In this document: piece by piece, positions 58,600 through 64,000 of the stretch
Numbering within the stretch: the first letter of the stretch is position 1
How the letters are laid out: each line of letters opens with the position of its first letter
NCBI GenBank assembly: GCA_964016885.1
Contig: OZ024740.1
Span: 110,174,001 to 110,238,000 of the forward strand
DNA length: 64,000 nt
Source: Eledone cirrhosa
Taxonomy: Eukaryota
Direction: 5' to 3'
Notes under the pieces: model-generated
The model's input: the letters and a program-made list of their open reading frames with translations, nothing else
Databases searched by the model: none
What the model was told of the DNA's origin: nothing
Made by a program: the position numbers and the translations under genes

Positions 58600-59518
58600 T
58601 GGTTGTAGTTGTGTTGGTAGTGGTGGTAGTGGTAGTGGTGGTGGTTGTAGTTGTGTTGGTAGTGGTTGTATTGTTAGTGGTGGTGGTGGTGGTTGTAGTT
58701 GTGTTGGTAGTGGTTGTATTGTTAGTGGTGGTGGTGGTGGTTGTAGTTGTGTTGGTAGTGGTTGTATTGTTAGTGGTGGTGGTGGTGGTTGTAGTTGTGT
58801 TGGTAGTGGTTGTATTGTTAGTGGTGGTGGTGGTGGTTGTAGTTGTGTTGGTAGTGGTTGTATTGTTAGTGGTGGTGGTGGTGGTTGTAGTTGTGTTGGT
58901 AGTGGTTGTATTGTTAGTGGTGGTGGTGGTGGTTGTAGTTGTGTTGGTAGTGGTTGTATTGTTAGTGATGATGATGTTAGTGGTAGTGCTAATGGCGGTT
59001 GTATCGGTCGTGATAATAGTGGTGGCGGTGGTGGTGATGGTATTGGTAGTGTTGGTAGTGGTAATGGTTCTGGTTGTATTGTTAGTTATGGTGGTGGTGT
59101 AAGTGGTAGTGGTAGAGTTGGTGGCGGTGATGGTCTTTAGTAGTTGTAGTAGTAGTCGTAGTAGCAGTTGTATTGGTATTAGTAGTTTTGGTTAGTAGAG
59201 GTGATATTAGTGGACGTTGTGGTTGGGGTTGTGGTTAATAATGATGCTATGATTAATGGTAGAGGAGGTGGTGTTGGTGTTATCAACGGTAGTAGTTGTG
59301 GTGGTGTTGTTAGTAGTTGTAGGATTTGTAGTGTTGGTGATGCTAGTAGTAGCATAGTAGTAGTAGCGGTAGTATTAGTAGTAGTAGAAGTAGTAGTAGT
59401 AGAAACAGTAGTAGTAGTGGTGGTTGTAGTAGTAGTAGTAGTAGTTGTAGTGGTGGTGGTAGTATTAGTAGTAGTAGAAGTAGTAGTAGTAGAAACAGTA
59501 GTAGTAGTAGTGGTTGTT

Positions 59519-59551
<33 letters not shown>

Positions 59552-59718
59552 TTAGTAGTAGTAGAAGTAGTAGTAGTAGAAACAGTAGTAGTAGTAGTAG
59601 TAGTGGTTGTTGTAGTAGCAGCAACAGCAATAGCAGCAGTAGTAGCAGTAGCAGCAGCAGTAGTAGTAGTGGTAGTAGTAGTAGTAGTAGTAGGGTGATG
59701 GAAGTAGTAGTGGCAGTA

Positions 59719-59749
<31 letters not shown>

Positions 59750-60026
59750 AAGTGGTGGTAGAAGTAGTAGTAGTAGTAGTAATAGTTGTAGTAGTAGTTG
59801 TGGTAGTAGTGATCGTGGTGGTGGTGGTAGTAGTAGTAGTAGTAGTAATAGTAGTAGTGGTAGTAGCTGTAGCAGTAGTAGTAGCAGCAGCAGCAGCAGT
59901 AGTAGTAGTAGTGGTAGTAGTAGTAGCAGTAGTAGTAGCAGAGCAGCAACAGCAGCAGTAGTAGCAGTAGTAGCAGTAGCAGCAGCAGCAACAGCAGCAG
60001 TAGTAGTAGTAGGGGTGATGATGGTG

Positions 60027-60059
<33 letters not shown>

Positions 60060-60090
60060 AGGGTGGTGGTAGTGGTAGTAGTAGTAGTGT
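58600..60090. repeat. 48-bp GT-rich minisatellite followed by (TAG)n/(CAG)n arrays
   Basis: Near-perfect 48-bp tandem units at 58635-58970, then trinucleotide tracts. Confidence 0.9.
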
Positions 60091-60639
60091 AGAAGAAGCA
60101 ATATGTGTTGGCGAGATATGGTTGAAGGTTGTTAATATTGTAAAGTTTTTGCGGTTTACCCCATGGCAAATCAAACCTTCGCAGACAATTATAATCTTCT
60201 TGTGTCTCTAATTACACGCTCCACTGTGCCGCTGAAGTGAGTGCCGCCTTATAGTCAATGTGAGACAGTCAATATCCCACCACACACATACATTCATTGG
60301 TCAGTCTAAACTGACTGCCATTAGATACAACAATACACAGGTCAAAGGTTACAGAAGACCTGGTGATTTTTACATTATCGCTTTTTCTTTCTTTTTTTCT
60401 TCCTTTTCCTCTCTATTACAACACCGGACTTGGTGCCTTGTGGTATTTGTTCTGATTCTGTGAGTTCTGAGTTTAAATCTCGCCTTCTGTCACCGCGATA
60501 AGAATGGAACCTCTATAATTAAAACATTCATGAAAACTCATATGAGATTCCGCCTCATAGGAGGCCGGCGCTAAACCTACACAGATGTTAACCGTAACAA
60601 CAACAACAACAACATCTACAATAATGATTTCTGATTTAG

Positions 60640-61100
60640 GCTCAAGCCCCAACAATTTTTGGGGAAAGGTAAAGTCAATTAAATCGACCCCAGTGCATTA
60701 CTGGTACTTTATTTTATCGACCCTCGTAAGGATGAAAGGTAAAGCTATCCTTAGCGGGATTTGAACTCAGAACGTAAAAGGGCCATAACTCTATGTTGTG
60801 AAGCATCAACAATAATAACAAATAGTCCGTTAAAACAAACGTATAATAGCCTACCGAAACATCAAAACATTATAGAATCGTATGGTCTGAGTTCAAATCC
60901 TGCCGAGGTTAACTTTGCCTTTCATCCTTACGGGGTCGATAAAATAAAGTACCAGTAATGCACTGATATAATTGCTGGCCTTGTGCCAAAAGTAGAAACA
61001 ATTATAGAATCGTAGCCAGTACTTGACTGTTACTCCATTTTTTATCAACCCCGGAGAGATGATAGGTAAAGAAGACTACAGCGTAGGTTGAACCACAAAA
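60640..61100. mobile_element. Cluster of SINE fragments (60640-60780 minus, 60880-61005 plus, 61015-61100 minus)
   Basis: Same B-box and central domain as 20009-20205, in both orientations. Confidence 0.7.
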
Positions 61101-61517
61101 CCTAAAATTACACAACTAAACGTACATTTATGAGAAAAACGGGATCACTAGGGCTGGAATGCCTTTCAAAATAGATCTGTCATGATAAGGGTTGAACTGA
61201 GCTAAACAACAAAAGCGGCAGCAGCAGAACAACAACACCAACCGTGTAAAAACAACAGTGATAGCGACAACCATATTAACAGCAACAACAACAACAACAA
61301 CAACAACCGTATCAAAAACAACAGTGATAACAAGAATAACAGCAACAACCGTATCAACAACAGCAACATCAAAAACAACAGTGAGAACAACAAGAATAAC
61401 TACAGCAACTGTATCAACTACAACAATAACCTTCATGATCGAAGCTATTCCTGTCGGGACCACCCCATTGTTATTTCACTTTTTTAGACGCCCTCTATCA
61501 AGGTCAACTATTGCATG

Positions 61518-62120
61518 AAGGCAGGCGGCGAATTGACAGAGTTGTTAGAACGTTGGATAGAATGCTTTATGGCATGGGTTCTCAACCTTTTTTTCGCTGT
61601 GGACCACCAAAATAAGTAATTTTTTTCCTGTGGACCACCTAAACTTTTAAATCCTTTGTAATAGAACTGTTACTTATATGCATCAGTAGATGTTTTTTTT
61701 CAATGAATTAGAAAATGCTATTATCATGTCGCAGTGCCTAAAAATCTATGCAAATAAACAGTTGAAGTCGTACTTATGCGAAGAATAAGAACAGCGCTTT
61801 AAGTCAAATGCATGCCAGAAAATTTTCTGTGGACCACTCGTGGTCCACATGGACCGGGTTGAGTATACCTGCTTTATGGTATTTGTTCCGGCTCTCTGCT
61901 CTCTGAGTTCAAATACTGCCGAGGTCAACTTTGCTTTTCATCCTTTCGAGGTCGATAAAAAAAGTACCAGTCTAGCACTGGGGGTCGATTCTTCCTCTAT
62001 ATCTCCCTTTCTATCTTTCTCTGGAAGAAATCTGGAGAGGGATGGGCTCCATCAGGCTTAAAAATTGCCAAAGAAACGCGGTATGTCAATGCGACTCAAT
62101 CAGGAGTTACGGGACCATAC
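61518..62120 (+). mobile_element. tRNA-derived SINE interrupted by a MITE
   Basis: The head 'aaggcaggcggcgaattgacagagttgttagaacg' resumes after 61871 with the B-box gagttcaaatac and the central domain. Confidence 0.75.
61573..61871. mobile_element. hAT-superfamily MITE (299 bp) with an 8-bp target-site duplication
   Basis: Imperfect TIRs catgggttctcaacc / ggttgagtatacctg. TSD ctttatgg at 61565-61572 and 61872-61879. Subterminal gtggacca motifs. Confidence 0.85.
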
Positions 62121-62325
62121 TTACTGTATTAAGGCAGCTACTTAGGGCGGAGACCACAGAGAGGTGCATTACTGAACCTCAATGAATCGCATTATATGAC
62201 ACAGTCAGTAGTGTTCGTAATGTCACACATAAGCTGAGCTCAGTGCTGGTTGAAACAATTAGAATTGTGTATGCAATGATACTTCAGTAGTTGTTGAAAT
62301 GACACAGCTCAGTATGACTTGCAGC

Positions 62326-62767
62326 CAGGGCCAATGCTACGATTAAGGTCAACTAGGCAATCGGCTAGGACGCAGACCCCCGAAAGACGCATTTCTAAAC
62401 CTATAAGAACCACATTTTTTTAAATTTATAAATTTGTATTCTTAAATTAAATATATAAATATAATTACCTACGACCAATAGATAAAGTGCTAAACATTTT
62501 TGCCGCTCAGCAGCGTTATGGAAGTATCTAAAGTGACAAAGAAGGTCGTACAGTATTATGAGCTATTATATGATTTGGTGAGGGTGAGTGTTGACTGTGT
62601 GGTGGAAAATGCAGGTTTCGTCATTTTCTTAGTGTGGTCAGAGCAAGAAGTATCAAAAACAAGGTTTGTCAATTTACTAAGCTGTAAATTGAAATTATTT
62701 TATTTGGTAGAATGGGGCGCATAACTAAGAGAATCCTAGGGCGCTAAATACCCAGGCATCAGCTCTG
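62326..62767. mobile_element. Possible old hAT-like MITE
   Basis: Ends cagggcc... / ...agctctg with GC-rich subterminal motifs around an AT-rich core. No clean TSD. Confidence 0.3.
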
Positions 62768-62770
62768 CTG

Positions 62771-62822
<52 letters not shown>

Positions 62823-63219
62823 AAAGCACCACAGCAAGATTTTTACTTAATTAAAAACTCAATGAAAGAACGATAAATTTACTTTGAAATATTTTATTGG
62901 CCTCTTGAAAATTTAATTTTATTTCTAAAAAATTATTATTATTATTATCATTATTATTCTTGCTCTGTTGTTGTTTAATTTTTTTAAAAATCCTCACAAG
63001 TTTTAGAAATAAATGAAACCTTGACATTGTTTTCTTTCAAGAACAATGGCGAAAAATATAAATAAATAAACAACGTTTGAAGTTGAAGTTGGCATTGTTC
63101 ATGATGATGGTGATGATGATGTGTTTGATGTTGTTGTTGTTCATGTTAAGGTTGATAATGATGGTGCAGATGTTTCCAGGCTTTCATCTTTTGTTTAAAC
63201 TTCTAAAATATATGTGATC

Positions 63220-64000
63220 TTAACAGCAATCACAACAACAGCAACAACAATAAAAAGAAATCAAACAACAACAGTAATAACAGCAATAACAGCAACGACA
63301 GAAACAACAGTAATAACAAAAACAACAACAACAACAGCAATAACAGGAATAACAGCACTAACAACTATACCTGCAAAAACAACAATAACAGCAATAACAA
63401 GAATAAGAGAAACAACAGGAATAACAGCAACAACAGCAATAACAACAACAGCAATAACAGCAATAACAACAATAACAGCTACAGCAGCAACAACAGAAAT
63501 AACAGCCATAAGAGGAATCACAACAACAGCAATAATAGCAACATCGGCAATAACAGCAATAACAGGAATAACAGCAATGAGAGCAATAACAGCAATAACA
63601 GTAACATCAAAAATAACAGCAATAATAGGAATAATAGGAATAACAGCAATAACAGCAATAATGGCAATACCAGAAATAACAGCAATGACAGCAAGAACAG
63701 GAATAACAGCAATGAGAGCAATAACAGCAACAACAGGAATAACAGCAACAACAACAACAGCAATAACAGCAATAGCAGCAATAACAGCAAGAACAACAAC
63801 AACAACAGCAATAGCAGCAATAACAGCAACAACAGTAATAACAACAATAACAGGAATAACAACAACATCAATAAAAAGAAATCAACCAACAACAACAACA
63901 ACAACAACAGCAATAACAGCAATAACAGCAATCAAACCACAAAAATAACAACAGCAATAACAACAATAACAACAATAACAACAATAACAGCAATAACAAC
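63220..64000. repeat. (ACAGCAATA)n-type low-complexity repeat
   Basis: Degenerate 9-bp unit array. Confidence 0.85.

Noticed and set aside
56566-60174. Long ORFs (577, 608, 331 aa and others) resembling mucins or Gly/Val-rich proteins
   Set aside because: They are translations of stop-poor trinucleotide minisatellites, open in several frames on both strands, with no splice or domain evidence.

Overview
This is repeat-saturated eukaryotic DNA with no recognisable host gene. The SINE and microsatellite content suggests a mollusc, probably a cephalopod (inference only). Positions 1-17.4 kb hold an L1/Tx1-like LINE, three R4/Dong-type RLE non-LTR retrotransposons sitting in (TAA)n or (CATA)n microsatellites, and RTE-derived short elements. 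Positions 20-55 kb are a (TA)n-rich zone filled with Penelope-like elements (PLEs; RT plus C-terminal GIY-YIG) and non-coding elements. About a dozen minimal type I hammerhead ribozyme (HHR) motifs can be folded by eye there. The main signal is a recurring architecture: HHR-bearing units of about 525 bp, 1265 bp and an intact 3.6-kb PLE are each inserted into (TA)n as head-to-head foldbacks with their 3' ends pointing outward. In the two non-coding foldbacks each arm is a differently permuted copy longer than one monomer. This suggests reverse transcription of circular or tandem HHR-processed RNAs from both ends of a break in (TA)n. Positions 43-64 kb contain Helitron-like non-autonomous elements, hAT MITEs, tRNA-derived SINEs and low-complexity minisatellites. 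All ribozyme folds and family assignments were made by eye and are not computationally validated.
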